A DNA stretch of 62,654 nt from a virus. The DNA lies in the IMG/VR virus record IMGVR_UViG_3300045988_095058; one strand, 5' to 3'. The number at the start of each line of letters is the position of its first letter. Position 1 is the stretch's first letter. The translations under genes and the position numbers were made by a program. Positions 18,120 through 27,773 of this stretch are shown here, one piece after another. Under the pieces are notes generated by a model. It was not told the DNA's origin and searched no databases. It saw only the letters and a program-made list of their open reading frames with translations.

Positions 18120-18383
18120 ATGAATTTAAAAGTTAGAGTAAAAAATCCTGTATTCTGGGTACAGATTGTACTTAGTATTTTAACTCCTGTGCTTGCGTAT
18201 GCAGGACTTACAGCACAGGATCTTACCACATGGAGTAAGGTAGGGGAGCTCATTGTAGGAGCTGTCTCTAATCCTTATGTACTCTCTTTAGTGGCGGTAT
18301 CGGTTTGGAACACTCTGAACGATCCGACTACAAAGGGATTAGGCGATAGTGCCAGAGCAAAGAGCTATACAGCTCCACAGTAA
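18120..18383 (+). CDS. Holin (phi LC3-family-like)
   Basis: 87 aa, MNLKVRVKNPVFWVQIVLSILTPVL... with two TM segments and the NDPTTKGLGDS motif. Confidence 0.75.
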   Translation: MNLKVRVKNPVFWVQIVLSILTPVLAYAGLTAQDLTTWSKVGELIVGAVSNPYVLSLVAVSVWNTLNDPTTKGLGDSARAKSYTAPQ

Positions 18384-18404
18384 ATATATTTATCAGACAG
18401 ACAG

Positions 18405-18432
18405 GGAGAGCCTTTACAGGGCTCTCCTTTTT
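18405..18432 (+). terminator. Rho-independent terminator
   Basis: GGAGAGCC-tttacag-GGCTCTCC followed by TTTTT. Confidence 0.65.
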
Positions 18433-18457
18433 AAGTGTTTAGATCGGAGGTATTATT

Positions 18458-19372
18458 ATGACAGAGAAAGAAATCAGATCAAAGGTTGTTGAGATCGCTA
18501 AGGGTTGGTTAGGCTGTAAAGAGAGTGACGGATCCCATAAAAAGATTATTGATACTTATAACGCTTGTAAGCCACTCCCTAGAAGTTATGCTGTAAAATA
18601 TACAGATGCGTGGTGTGCTACTTTTGCATCCGCTGTAGGTATCAAGGCAGGGCTTACAGATATTATCCCTAGAGAGTGTAGCTGTAATCAGTTTATCCAG
18701 CTTGCTAAGAATATGGGTATCTGGGTAGAGAATGATGCTTACACCCCATCCGCTGGAGATATGATCCTCTATGATTGGGATGATAACGGAGTAGGAGATA
18801 ATACAGGTAGTGCGGATCATATCGGTATTGTAGTATCTGTATCTGGAGGCGTTATTAAGGTTATCGAGGGTAACAAGAGTAACGCTGTAGGATATAGAGA
18901 TCTTGCAGTAAACGGTAAGTATATCAGAGGCTTTGTTACTCCTAAGTACAGCTCTAAGGCTACTAAAGAGGAGGCTCCTAAGCCATCTGGTAACGGAGGG
19001 GGCTCTTACAATATTGGAGATATTGTAAACTTTACAGGATGCCTCCACTATACCAGCTCTACAGCTAGTGGCGTTGCATACGGTTGTAAGGCAGGACAGG
19101 CTAAGGTAACTAACAAGGCTGAGGGTGCGGTACATCCGTATCATTTACAGGCTATCTCTGGTAAGGGCTCTACTGTATATGGCTGGGTAAATGCTGGAGA
19201 TATTTCTGGTAAGACAGGCGGAGGATCCGCTAAGACCTACACAGTAGTTAAGGGAGATACTCTTAGCAAGATCGCTAAAAAGTATGGAACTACTGTAGAT
19301 ACTCTGGTTAAGCTCAATGGTATCAAAAATAAAAACCTTATTAACATCGGACAGGTAATCAAGTTACCTTAA
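18458..19372 (+). CDS. Endolysin: CHAP peptidase, SH3-like domain and LysM
   Basis: Cys (DAWCATFAS) and His (SADHIGIV) segments of CHAP. C-terminal LysM is [17 protein letters not shown]...IGQVIKLP. Confidence 0.85.
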   Translation: MTEKEIRSKVVEIAKGWLGCKESDGSHKKIIDTYNACKPLPRSYAVKYTDAWCATFASAVGIKAGLTDIIPRECSCNQFIQLAKNMGIWVENDAYTPSAGDMILYDWDDNGVGDNTGSADHIGIVVSVSGGVIKVIEGNKSNAVGYRDLAVNGKYIRGFVTPKYSSKATKEEAPKPSGNGGGSYNIGDIVNFTGCLHYTSSTASGVAYGCKAGQAKVTNKAEGAVHPYHLQAISGKGSTVYGWVNAGDISGKTGGGSAKTYTVVKGDTLSKIAKKYGTTVDTLVKLNGIKNKNLINIGQVIKLP

Positions 19373-19405
19373 TCCTTTAGGCACTCCTTAATATTTTTTC
19401 ATATA

Positions 19406-19446
19406 GAGGGCTACTGGCTGTAAAATGCTGGTAGCCCTCATTTTTT
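19406..19446 (+). terminator. Rho-independent terminator
   Basis: GAGGGCTAC...GTAGCCCTC stem followed by ATTTTTT. Confidence 0.7.
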
Positions 19447-19447
19447 A

Positions 19448-19476
19448 GTTGTATCTAGTATATAAGGGGTGTATAA
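19448..19476 (+). promoter_or_regulatory. Sigma-A-type promoter upstream of the integrase
   Basis: TTGTAT, 17-nt spacer, TATAAT. Confidence 0.5.
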
Positions 19477-19608
19477 TAGATAGGAACTGAAAACAGCCTC
19501 ATAAAGCCCTCTATTTTATCGAGAGTAAAGAAGTCTACACCTAATATATAAAAGTGGCTGTATGAGGCACACAGGAGCTCACAGGACTATTACAGGAGGG
19601 TAAACAGG

Positions 19609-21327
19609 ATGGCATACAGGAAAATAACGGATATAAAAGATACTATTGGTATGAGAGCGGTATTTTATGCCAGAGTATCTACAGCGGAGGAGGAACAGCT
19701 AAACGCTATAGAACTCCAGATTGAGGAAAATAGAGGATGTATTAAGGATCATGGCTGGAAACTGGTAGGAGAGTATATTGATCGCAGTAAGAGCGGTACG
19801 ATGGTAAAGGGCAGAGATGATTACCAGAGGCTCTATGAGGATCTGTATGAGGATCTATTTGATATTGTAGTAATCAAGGATCAAGAGAGGCTCCAGAGAA
19901 ATACTCTGGATTGGTACCTCTTTATTAACAGGGTAGTACAGACAGGAAAGCTCCTGTTTATGTATATGGATGGAAAATTTTACTCTCCAGATGATGCTCT
20001 AATCACAGGTGTACGAGCAATCATAGCGGAGGAATTTAGTAGAAATCTTAGTAAGAAACTCCATAACTACCACGATCACAGAATAGAGAAAGCCAGACAG
20101 GGGCAGGAGATAGCCTTACAGGGTAGTGGTAATGTATATGGATGGGATAAAAAGGATGGTAAGTATTATATAAATCCAGAACAGGCTAAGGTAAGGAGGC
20201 TCATGTGTGAGGGAATTATGGCAAGAAAAGGATCTACCCTCATAGCTAAGGAGCTTAATGAGGCTGGATACCGTAACACAGTAGGGAAACTGTGGAAACC
20301 TATGGATATACCTAAATTTGTATATGATTGTAAAAATGTAGGTACCATGATTATAAACAAAGAAAGACATGATTTTGAGAGTAAGCAAACTATAAAACTC
20401 CCTAAGGAGGAGTGGGTATATGTAGAAAACGCTCTCCCTCCGATAGTCACACAGGAGGAGTGGGATCTAATCTGTAAGATCCATGAGGAGAGAGTAATAG
20501 CCACAGGATCCGACAGGAGAGGCAAGAAAACCAGCGGATACTCTTTTAGTGGTAAGCTGGTATGTGGTATCTGTGGGGCTCCTTACTGGAGGAAACAGAG
20601 AGTATCTAAGGATGAGTACTGGGTATGCAGTACAAAGCAGACTAAAGGCAGGAGAACCAGAAAAAGAGATAGCACGATGGGGAAAGCTGGAGAGATAAAT
20701 CCTTTAGGCTGTGATAATGAAAATATCTCTTATAACTCCCTCATGGAGATAATGGGGGTAGTATCAGAGCGATTACAGGCAAATACAGACACAATAAAGC
20801 ATGATATGATAAATTGGCTTACTAAGCTCAGAAAACAGCTCCTAGAGGCAAATGGAGGGCATACAGAGGCAGATCTACAGCGTGAGCTCTCCAGAAAAAG
20901 TAAGTTACTGGATGCCTACTTAGATGGGATCCTAAATAAACAGGAATACCAGAAAAAAGCAGAGGAGTTAGATGAGAGGATCATCCAGCTCAAAGCAGAA
21001 ACAGAAAAGAATAAGGCTAACTCTGGAGATATTGCAGAGATAGATAAGGTACTGGCTAACATAGATGAGGAGGTATCCAGATATGTAGATGGTAATGAGA
21101 AATTAAAAGTAGAATACCTCTTAGAGCACTTAGAGCAGGTACAGATATTCCCAGATAAGGTTATAGTTATAGTGCCGATATTGAGCGAGGGGATAGTAGT
21201 AGAAAAAGCTCAGTATGTATCTAGGGAGAAATGTTCCAAGATACATACTGAAAGCATGATCCACTACTTAGAGGATTATATGTACTGTACTAGAAAACTG
21301 GGGCTTTATGTGCAGTTAGTAGCATAA
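19609..21327 (+). CDS. Large serine recombinase (integrase)
   Basis: Resolvase-type N-terminus VFYARVSTAEEEQ with the catalytic Ser context, a recombinase domain, a Cys-rich zinc ribbon (CGICGAPYWRK...WVCSTK) and a coiled-coil tail. Confidence 0.9.
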   Translation: MAYRKITDIKDTIGMRAVFYARVSTAEEEQLNAIELQIEENRGCIKDHGWKLVGEYIDRSKSGTMVKGRDDYQRLYEDLYEDLFDIVVIKDQERLQRNTLDWYLFINRVVQTGKLLFMYMDGKFYSPDDALITGVRAIIAEEFSRNLSKKLHNYHDHRIEKARQGQEIALQGSGNVYGWDKKDGKYYINPEQAKVRRLMCEGIMARKGSTLIAKELNEAGYRNTVGKLWKPMDIPKFVYDCKNVGTMIINKERHDFESKQTIKLPKEEWVYVENALPPIVTQEEWDLICKIHEERVIATGSDRRGKKTSGYSFSGKLVCGICGAPYWRKQRVSKDEYWVCSTKQTKGRRTRKRDSTMGKAGEINPLGCDNENISYNSLMEIMGVVSERLQANTDTIKHDMINWLTKLRKQLLEANGGHTEADLQRELSRKSKLLDAYLDGILNKQEYQKKAEELDERIIQLKAETEKNKANSGDIAEIDKVLANIDEEVSRYVDGNEKLKVEYLLEHLEQVQIFPDKVIVIVPILSEGIVVEKAQYVSREKCSKIHTESMIHYLEDYMYCTRKLGLYVQLVA

Positions 21328-21342
21328 ATTATATAGGGGTTA

Positions 21343-21380
21343 TCTAAATATATTTCCCTCCTGTGATTAAGTTATATAAA
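21343..21380 (+). promoter_or_regulatory. Class-1 bipartite motif, copy L (TCTAAA-N14-GTGATTAAGTTA...)
   Basis: Precedes the SNF2 helicase gene. Exact 14-nt spacing between the two boxes. Confidence 0.55.
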
Positions 21381-21406
21381 GACTAAATCACAGGAGGTTT
21401 ATTTTT

Positions 21407-23086
21407 ATGATAACAGTAGAAAAACTGGAAAAAGGTACTTATTTTGATGATGCTTTTAAGATCTCATTTAGATACGATCCCACTACTGTAGCTAAGGTAA
21501 AAGAGCTTGCAGAGCGGAGATATTTACCAGAGGATAGAGCGTGGGAGATCCCAGCACATGAGCTACCAGCTCTCATAGAGAAAGTAGGGCTTAGCAATAT
21601 CAAAAGTGAGGAGGCTGTAGTACAAGCCCTCAATACTAAGGAGATCGAGGATAAAAGGGAGGCTACACAGGAGAGGCTAAAGGGTATTAAGCCTGTAAGA
21701 GATTTTGATTTTAAAACAGCTCCCCTCCCTCATCAGATCGAGGCTTTTAATTATGGAATGGAGAAAAACTCTTTACTTATCGGAGATGAGCAGGGCTTAG
21801 GCAAGACAAAGGAGAGTATTGATATTTGTGTAGCCAGAAAGAAAGAGCTCATTAAAACTCTTATTGTATGCGGAGTAAACTCTGTAAAATATAACTGGGA
21901 GAAAGAGATCCAGATCCACTCTAACGAGGGCTGTGTAATGGTAGACGGTAAGACAATGGATGTTAGAGTACAACAGCTAAATGACTGGTACAGAGGCTCC
22001 TCTTATTTTGGGGTTATCAATATTGAGAGCCTCAGAAATGAGAAAATACAGGATGCTCTCTATCTGGGGATTAAGGATGGATATATAGGGGCTATTATTG
22101 TGGATGAGATCCACAAGGCTAAAAACGGAGGCTCTCAACAGGGAAAAGCTCTTAGATTTTTGAAAGCTCCAGTTAAGATAGGATTATCTGGTACTCCGAT
22201 GAATAAAGCGGAGGATCTGTGGAATATCCTTACATGGCTGGGAGTAGAGAGGAGATCCTTTTATAGTTTTAGAAATGCCTATTGTACTATGGGAGGTTTC
22301 GGAGGCTATAAAGTAATCGGATATAAAAACTTAGATAGCCTCAATGCTGAGTTAAATACTGTAATGCTTAGAAGAAAGAAAGAGGAGGTACTAGATCTCC
22401 CTCCTAAGCTATACAGTACTGAGTATGTAGAACTTACCACAGCTCAGAAAAAACAGTACAGGGATATTAAAAATGGCATTGTAGCGGATATGGAGAATAT
22501 CTTAGCCTCTGTTAATCCTCTTAACTGTACTCTCCGCCTCAGACAGCTTACCAGCGGTAATCCTAACTTAACAGATGATAGCCCTAAGCTGGATCGTATT
22601 AAGGAGATGCTGGAGGAGGAGATTATCCCTAACGGTCACAAGGCTATCATATTTTCTCAGTGGAGCACGATAGCTAAGGATCTGGGGATAGAGCTTAGTG
22701 AATATGATCCGATTGTAATTACAGGAGAGGTACCTCCAGAGCAGAGGCAGAGATTAGTAGACAATTTCCAGACTAACCCACACTGTAAAGTAGCTATAGG
22801 AACTATCGGAGCTATGGGTACTGGATTAACTCTAAATAAAGCCTCTTATGTATTTTTTATGGATAAAGCATGGAATAGCGGAGATAATGCACAGGCTGAG
22901 GATAGAGCCCACAGAATAGGTACCGTAGGGGCTGTAAATGTAATCTCTATGGTGGCTAAGGGTACAATAGATGAGGCAGTAGAGGATTATCTGTTAGAAA
23001 ATAAAGATCTTATTGATCGAGTAGTAGACGGTAAAGGATCTAAGCAGGATATTAAAACCATCCTTAACAAATTACTTAGCATTTAA
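21407..23086 (+). CDS. SNF2-family DEAD/DEAH helicase
   Basis: LPHQIEAFNYG, GDEQGLGKT (Walker A), VDEIHKAKN (DExH) and C-terminal helicase motifs. Confidence 0.9.
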   Translation: MITVEKLEKGTYFDDAFKISFRYDPTTVAKVKELAERRYLPEDRAWEIPAHELPALIEKVGLSNIKSEEAVVQALNTKEIEDKREATQERLKGIKPVRDFDFKTAPLPHQIEAFNYGMEKNSLLIGDEQGLGKTKESIDICVARKKELIKTLIVCGVNSVKYNWEKEIQIHSNEGCVMVDGKTMDVRVQQLNDWYRGSSYFGVINIESLRNEKIQDALYLGIKDGYIGAIIVDEIHKAKNGGSQQGKALRFLKAPVKIGLSGTPMNKAEDLWNILTWLGVERRSFYSFRNAYCTMGGFGGYKVIGYKNLDSLNAELNTVMLRRKKEEVLDLPPKLYSTEYVELTTAQKKQYRDIKNGIVADMENILASVNPLNCTLRLRQLTSGNPNLTDDSPKLDRIKEMLEEEIIPNGHKAIIFSQWSTIAKDLGIELSEYDPIVITGEVPPEQRQRLVDNFQTNPHCKVAIGTIGAMGTGLTLNKASYVFFMDKAWNSGDNAQAEDRAHRIGTVGAVNVISMVAKGTIDEAVEDYLLENKDLIDRVVDGKGSKQDIKTILNKLLSI

Positions 23087-23105
23087 TATACAGGTGTGGT
23101 ATAAT
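23076..23105 (+). promoter_or_regulatory. Extended -10 promoter (TGgTATAAT) with a weak -35 TTAGCA
   Basis: TGGTATAAT at 23097..23105, 22 nt upstream of the MerR-like ORF start. Confidence 0.4.
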
Positions 23106-23126
23106 AACTCAAAATGGAGGTACATA

Positions 23127-23354
23127 ATGAGAGCGATAACAATAGATGCAGATACAGGAAAAAGAATATATACAAGAAAAGAGGTAGCGGATCTGGTAGG
23201 AGCCTCTACTCAATCTATCCGCCTCTGGGAAGATGCTGGAGCTATTCCAGCCAGTGTAAGAGATGAGGGAGGCTATAGATACTGGTATGAGGAGGATCTG
23301 GAGGCTATAAAGGCTTATGCCTCATTACCGAGAAAAGCAAAACTTAAAAAGTAG
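23127..23354 (+). CDS. MerR-family HTH protein
   Basis: YTRKEVADLVGASTQSIRLWEDAG is a MerR-type HTH. ATG 23127 follows GGAGGTACATA; the track start is 23094. Confidence 0.65.
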   Translation: MRAITIDADTGKRIYTRKEVADLVGASTQSIRLWEDAGAIPASVRDEGGYRYWYEEDLEAIKAYASLPRKAKLKK

Positions 23355-23364
23355 CCCTAAGTGT

Positions 23365-23395
23365 GAGGAGAGTGTAACAGCTCTCCTCTTTTTTT
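23365..23395 (+). terminator. Rho-independent terminator
   Basis: GAGGAGAG-tgtaacag-CTCTCCTC followed by T7. Confidence 0.8.
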
Positions 23396-23415
23396 GCCCT
23401 TAATTTTGAGGGCTA

Positions 23416-23455
23416 TCTAAAAATTTACCGTTTGTGTGATTAGGTTAAGTATCAA
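23416..23455 (+). promoter_or_regulatory. Class-1 bipartite motif, copy A
   Basis: TCTAAA-N14-GTGATTAGGTTAAGTATCAA. Confidence 0.55.
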
Positions 23456-23475
23456 AAGAAAAGGAGGTAAGCAGG

Positions 23476-23784
23476 ATGCTTAAAATCAGTTTTACAAATG
23501 CTGAGGTATCGGATCACGGATACGGTTTAGAGGTAAATGGTAAATCCTTAGAGGATATTATCTCTACCGCCTTAGGAACTAAGGTAAAAGGTAATGGCGG
23601 TTACGGATCTGGATTACCTAGCTTTAGCTCTAATAGCTGTGATGTAACGGTTACTATCAATCCACACGATAAAGAGTGTGAGATTGAAATAGAGGATAAC
23701 GTGTGGCACAGCGTAGAGGAAATGGAGGCAGAAAAGAGTGAGCAGTTTCAAAAGGAAAATGCAGAGGCAGATCCAAAAGAATAA
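23476..23784 (+). CDS. Hypothetical protein
   Basis: 102 aa, RBS AAAGGAGGTAAGCAGG. Confidence 0.6.
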   Translation: MLKISFTNAEVSDHGYGLEVNGKSLEDIISTALGTKVKGNGGYGSGLPSFSSNSCDVTVTINPHDKECEIEIEDNVWHSVEEMEAEKSEQFQKENAEADPKE

Positions 23785-23903
23785 CGGTACCCTCCTCCAC
23801 AAAAAGGTAGTAGCTAGAAAGATGGGCTGTAAATCCGTGGAGGAGTATAACCGTAGAATGGCACGCAGAGAAAAGAATTTAAAAGAGATGGAGGATAACA
23901 AAG

Positions 23904-24116
23904 ATGGCAAATGATTTTACAGCAAGGGTAGCAGGTATCAGCGTAGAGCTGGGTATGAGTGTACAGAATAAGAGTGGTATCTGGTGTAAGCCTACAGTAA
24001 AGATGGATCTTAAGATTGATGGAGGTACGAACCCTCAGCAGAGAGAGGCTATTATTAAACAGGCTTTTGATGAGGTTTGTAATAACATTGAGAAAACCAT
24101 CTCAGAGATGGAGTAA
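23904..24116 (+). CDS. Hypothetical protein
   Basis: 70 aa ORF with RBS GGAGGATAACAAAG. Confidence 0.55.
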   Translation: MANDFTARVAGISVELGMSVQNKSGIWCKPTVKMDLKIDGGTNPQQREAIIKQAFDEVCNNIEKTISEME

Positions 24117-24124
24117 TACTTACA

Positions 24125-24134
24125 GGGGGGGGGG
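24125..24134. repeat. Intergenic G10 homopolymer
   Basis: Ten consecutive G, read directly, 37 nt upstream of the DnaD-like gene start. Confidence 0.95.
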
Positions 24135-24170
24135 AGAGTATCTCTCCTCTCTCCTTAACTGGAGGTAATT

Positions 24171-24929
24171 ATGGATCACAGTTTTAATATAAATGTGGCT
24201 AAAAAGCTGGGGATAGCCTCAGCGGTAATACTAAACAATCTGTACTGGTGGATTGATAAAAACAGGGCTAACGATAAGCATTTTCACGATGGTTACTACT
24301 GGACTTATAACAGTAGAAAAGCCTTTGTAGAGCAATTTCCATACCTCACAGAGAGGCAGATAGAGTATGCACTAAGAAAGCTCATAGATGGAGGCTATGT
24401 AATTACTGGAAATTACAATAAAGCCTCCTTTGATCGTACTCTCTGGTATGCCATCACAAAAGAGGGGTATTGCATTTTACAAAATTGTGAAATGGAAGAA
24501 ACAAAAGTGTTAAATGCAAACAACAGAAATGTAGAACCTATACCAGATATAAACACAGATAGTAAACCAGATAAGAAGAAAGAAAGTAAAACAGAGCCAG
24601 AGGAGAGCTTTGACGATATAATAAATTCCTTAGTGGATAATGATGATATTAAAGGCGTGTTAGTGGAATTTATCAAAATGCGTAAACTCATAAAGAAACC
24701 TCTAACAAACAGAGCTCTAAAAAATATCATCTCAAAGTTAAAAAAATTAGCTGGAGAGGATGTTACTTTAGCAGGAGCTATACTGGATCAAAGTATTACC
24801 AATAGCTGGCAGGATATATACCCATTAAAGGATCTGAATAAAAAAGTAGGAGGAAAGCCTACAGCGGTTAGTAAAAAGTTTAGCGGTAATACCCTTAAAG
24901 ATGCTGAGGGTAAGGATATTGTATTTTAG
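24171..24929 (+). CDS. DnaD-like replication initiation / replisome organizer protein
   Basis: N-terminal winged-helix-like region. C-terminal segment VLVEFIKMRKLIKKPLTNRALKNIISKL...WQDIY is typical of DnaD/DnaB_2 domains. Confidence 0.65.
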   Translation: MDHSFNINVAKKLGIASAVILNNLYWWIDKNRANDKHFHDGYYWTYNSRKAFVEQFPYLTERQIEYALRKLIDGGYVITGNYNKASFDRTLWYAITKEGYCILQNCEMEETKVLNANNRNVEPIPDINTDSKPDKKKESKTEPEESFDDIINSLVDNDDIKGVLVEFIKMRKLIKKPLTNRALKNIISKLKKLAGEDVTLAGAILDQSITNSWQDIYPLKDLNKKVGGKPTAVSKKFSGNTLKDAEGKDIVF

Positions 24930-24936
24930 TAATCTG

Positions 24937-24970
24937 GAGGAGAGTGTAAAAGCTCTCCTCTAAATTTTTA
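24937..24970 (+). terminator. Hairpin terminator; its 3' end overlaps the TCTAAA box of copy B
   Basis: GAGGAGAG-tgtaaaag-CTCTCCTC followed by TAAATTTTT. Confidence 0.55.
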
Positions 24971-24996
24971 CCTCTTTTGTGATTAGGATTACTCAA
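24959..24996 (+). promoter_or_regulatory. Class-1 bipartite motif, copy B
   Basis: TCTAAA-N14-GTGATTAGGATTACTCAA. Confidence 0.5.
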
Positions 24997-25012
24997 AAGG
25001 AGGTAAAAGCGG

Positions 25013-25675
25013 ATGAAATGCTATGCAAGTGATTATTGCCAGAAAGATAAAAGCTCCTGTAGTGATGTATGCGGAGGCTACAGAGTACTTAGAGCTTTAT
25101 ACAATTTAAGCAGGATCCCAGAGAGATACCGTTATACTATCGCTCTTAAGCCAGAGAATGGAGAGGATCTGGAGGCGTTTACAGTGCTGGATAACTATAA
25201 AAATGATGTGCTCAATATGGTAGATGAGGGCAGAGGCTTATATATCTGGGGAAAGAGTACAGGGAATGGTAAAACCTCATGGGCTTGTAAGATTATGAGT
25301 TACTTTTTCAGAAAAATAGCGTTTAATACAGGGCTGGAAAATGAGGGGCTATATATTTTTCTCCCCACTTTCTTAGAAGATCTCAGAGATAACTATGATA
25401 ACAAAGATCCAGAGTTTGATGAGATACTCAGAATGATAAAAACCTGTAGGCTCCTCATCATAGACGATATAGGAGCCGAGAGGGTAACGGACTGGGTAAG
25501 GGAGAGGATGGTAAGTATCATAAATACCAGAGTATCTAATAACCTCACTACGATCTATACCAGTAACCTCTCTCCAGAGGAGCTTAGGGGCGAGTTAGGG
25601 GATCGGATAGCCAGTAGAGTATTGGGATCCTCACAGGTAGTAGAAATTACAAGCGGAGATAGGAGGGGATTATAA
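25013..25675 (+). CDS. DnaC/IstB-like helicase loader ATPase
   Basis: Walker A GKSTGNGKTS and Walker B LLIIDDIGAE. Confidence 0.8.
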   Translation: MKCYASDYCQKDKSSCSDVCGGYRVLRALYNLSRIPERYRYTIALKPENGEDLEAFTVLDNYKNDVLNMVDEGRGLYIWGKSTGNGKTSWACKIMSYFFRKIAFNTGLENEGLYIFLPTFLEDLRDNYDNKDPEFDEILRMIKTCRLLIIDDIGAERVTDWVRERMVSIINTRVSNNLTTIYTSNLSPEELRGELGDRIASRVLGSSQVVEITSGDRRGL

Positions 25676-27022
25676 ATGGCTAATATGATTGAGCAGAGCT
25701 TACTCTGTAAAGTATTAGATGCTCCAGATCTGGAGATCCTCCACTCTAACGGAGTAATAGAGGAGATGTTTCTTACCTGTAAGGATGAGATCCATTTTAT
25801 CATAGAGCATTACAACAGCTATAAGCAGATGCCAGATAAACTAACCTTTTTAGGCAGGTTCAAAGATTTTCAAATGCTGGAGGTTACAGAGAGTACAGAT
25901 TACTTAGTATATAAGCTCAAAGAGGCTTACACATATACTAAGCTGGTGCCTCTGATTGAGGATACAGCAAAGGTAGTAAAAGAGGATAGTATTAAGGCTA
26001 TCCAGTACCTCAAAGAGGAGATAGAAAAGCTGGAGAAATCCGTACCAGTGAGCAGGAATAAAGATGGCTATGATATTATCTCTAACGCTGGAGATCGCCT
26101 TACAGAGTATAAAAAGCGTTGTGAGGTAAAGGGGCTTATAGGTATTCCTACAGGTATCCCTAAGCTGGATGAGATTACTAATGGCTGGCTCTGGGGAGAG
26201 GATCTGGTAGTACTCACAGGGCGTACTAACGTAGGTAAAACGTGGATCGGAGAGTACTTTGCTACTATGGCGTGGAACATGGGTTATAAGATCCTTATGT
26301 ACTCTGGAGAAATGAGTACCGCTATGGTTGGTTTTCGTTTTGATACTCTCAATAAGCACTTTAGTAATATGGGGCTCCTTAATGGATCTGGTACTCTGGG
26401 AAAGAAACCAGATACAGACGGAGCAAAGTACTTACAGGAGGATTATGAGAAGTACATAACACAGCTCCAGCAAAAGAGCGGATTTATCGTAGTTACTCCA
26501 GATGATTTTGAGGGGCGTAAGCCTAATGTAGATGAGATCAAGAGCTTAGCTATTAAGCATGGGGCGGATATGATTGTAATAGATCAGCTCTCTCTTATGA
26601 GTGATAAGCGTAGGGCGGATATACCTAGAATAGCTTATAATAATATCTCAGAGGATCTCTTTTTGATGAGTAAGGAGCTTAAAAAGCCTGTACTCCTTAT
26701 GGCACAGGCTAACCGTGAGGCAGTTAAGAACCGTAAAAAAGGGGAGAGCCCAGAGCTCCACGATCTGGCAGAGAGTGACGGTGTAGGACAGAACGCCACA
26801 AGAGTATTATCTCTATCCGTGATAGATGGCACTCTTAAGATCAGTGTTAAGAAAAACAGATATGGTATCAATAACAAAGAGGTACTTATGATCTGGGAAG
26901 TAAACACAGGATACCTTAAGCCCCTCCTTAGTGAAAATCCAGAGGAGAGCACAGAGGATAAAAAGGATGATAAATCAGATGGAGAAAAGGATAAAGGAGG
27001 AGAGAAAGACTATGGTTTCTAA
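25676..27022 (+). CDS. dnaB: Replicative DNA helicase (DnaB family)
   Basis: 448 aa, Walker A GRTNVGKTW, with DnaB-like N- and C-terminal organisation. Confidence 0.85.
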   Translation: MANMIEQSLLCKVLDAPDLEILHSNGVIEEMFLTCKDEIHFIIEHYNSYKQMPDKLTFLGRFKDFQMLEVTESTDYLVYKLKEAYTYTKLVPLIEDTAKVVKEDSIKAIQYLKEEIEKLEKSVPVSRNKDGYDIISNAGDRLTEYKKRCEVKGLIGIPTGIPKLDEITNGWLWGEDLVVLTGRTNVGKTWIGEYFATMAWNMGYKILMYSGEMSTAMVGFRFDTLNKHFSNMGLLNGSGTLGKKPDTDGAKYLQEDYEKYITQLQQKSGFIVVTPDDFEGRKPNVDEIKSLAIKHGADMIVIDQLSLMSDKRRADIPRIAYNNISEDLFLMSKELKKPVLLMAQANREAVKNRKKGESPELHDLAESDGVGQNATRVLSLSVIDGTLKISVKKNRYGINNKEVLMIWEVNTGYLKPLLSENPEESTEDKKDDKSDGEKDKGGEKDYGF

Positions 27023-27233
27023 AGGCGGAGTACCTAAGGGGAGGATCATCCCTGTATATCTTACAGATGAGGGAGATGTGTACCCTATTTATTTACATGA
27101 GATGGGAGAGTTAGAGATTATACAGAGGCTTGTAGCAGGTATCTTAGATAATAAAATTGTGGTAGATACTAATACCAGAATTAACTCAGAGAATGATAAA
27201 ATCTCTATTTTTGATTTAAGTAAGAAAAAATAA
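27012..27233 (+). CDS. Hypothetical protein
   Basis: 73 aa from ATG 27012, preceded by AAAGGAGGAGAG. The track start at 26931 lies inside dnaB. Confidence 0.5.
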   Translation: MVSKGGVPKGRIIPVYLTDEGDVYPIYLHEMGELEIIQRLVAGILDNKIVVDTNTRINSENDKISIFDLSKKK

Positions 27234-27243
27234 TAAAAATTTC

Positions 27244-27283
27244 TCTAAATGTTACCTCTTTTTCTGATTAGGTTAAGTAAATC
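27244..27283 (+). promoter_or_regulatory. Class-1 bipartite motif, copy C
   Basis: TCTAAA-N14-cTGATTAGGTTAAGTAAATC. Confidence 0.5.
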
Positions 27284-27305
27284 GGAAAAGGAGGTACTTT
27301 TTTAT

Positions 27306-27773
27306 ATGACGATTACAAGTAAGGAAGTAGCGGAGATGCTGGGAAAGAGGCACGATAACCTTTTGAGAGCGATCCGCAAATATATTACACAGTTAGGAGA
27401 TGAGGCTCCTAAGTATTTCTCAGAGGATCCAGATAAGGGCGGTAGATTGTACCACATTACTAAGGCTGGCTGTGATCTTATGGCAGGGCGTATTATCGGA
27501 GCTCAGAGTGAGGCTTTTAAGACTAAGTATGCTCCAGTGTTTGGAGAGGAGGCTCCTGTAGAGGTGGTAGAGGAAAAGCAGGAGGAGCCACAGGAGAAAG
27601 CCTACACAGTAGAGGAGGTAGCTCAGATCTTAGGCTGTAGTGAGAGAAATGTTTATAGAAATATCCAGAGCGGAAAGCTGGAGGCGGTAGAGCGTGAGGT
27701 AATGATCCCTACTCTTAAGAAGTTTGTAACGGAGGAGGCTCTGGAAAAATATAAAGCAGGGAGGGCTAGTTAA
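27306..27773 (+). CDS. Rha-family phage regulatory protein with a C-terminal excisionase-type HTH
   Basis: ITSKEVAEMLGKRHDNLLRAIRK is a Rha signature. The C-terminus has YTVEEVAQILGCSERNVYRNIQSGKL. Confidence 0.65.
   Translation: MTITSKEVAEMLGKRHDNLLRAIRKYITQLGDEAPKYFSEDPDKGGRLYHITKAGCDLMAGRIIGAQSEAFKTKYAPVFGEEAPVEVVEEKQEEPQEKAYTVEEVAQILGCSERNVYRNIQSGKLEAVEREVMIPTLKKFVTEEALEKYKAGRAS

Noticed and set aside
23822-23913. A possible 30-codon ORF in the 23785..23903 gap
   Set aside because: It is very short with no clear RBS and cannot be supported from sequence alone.
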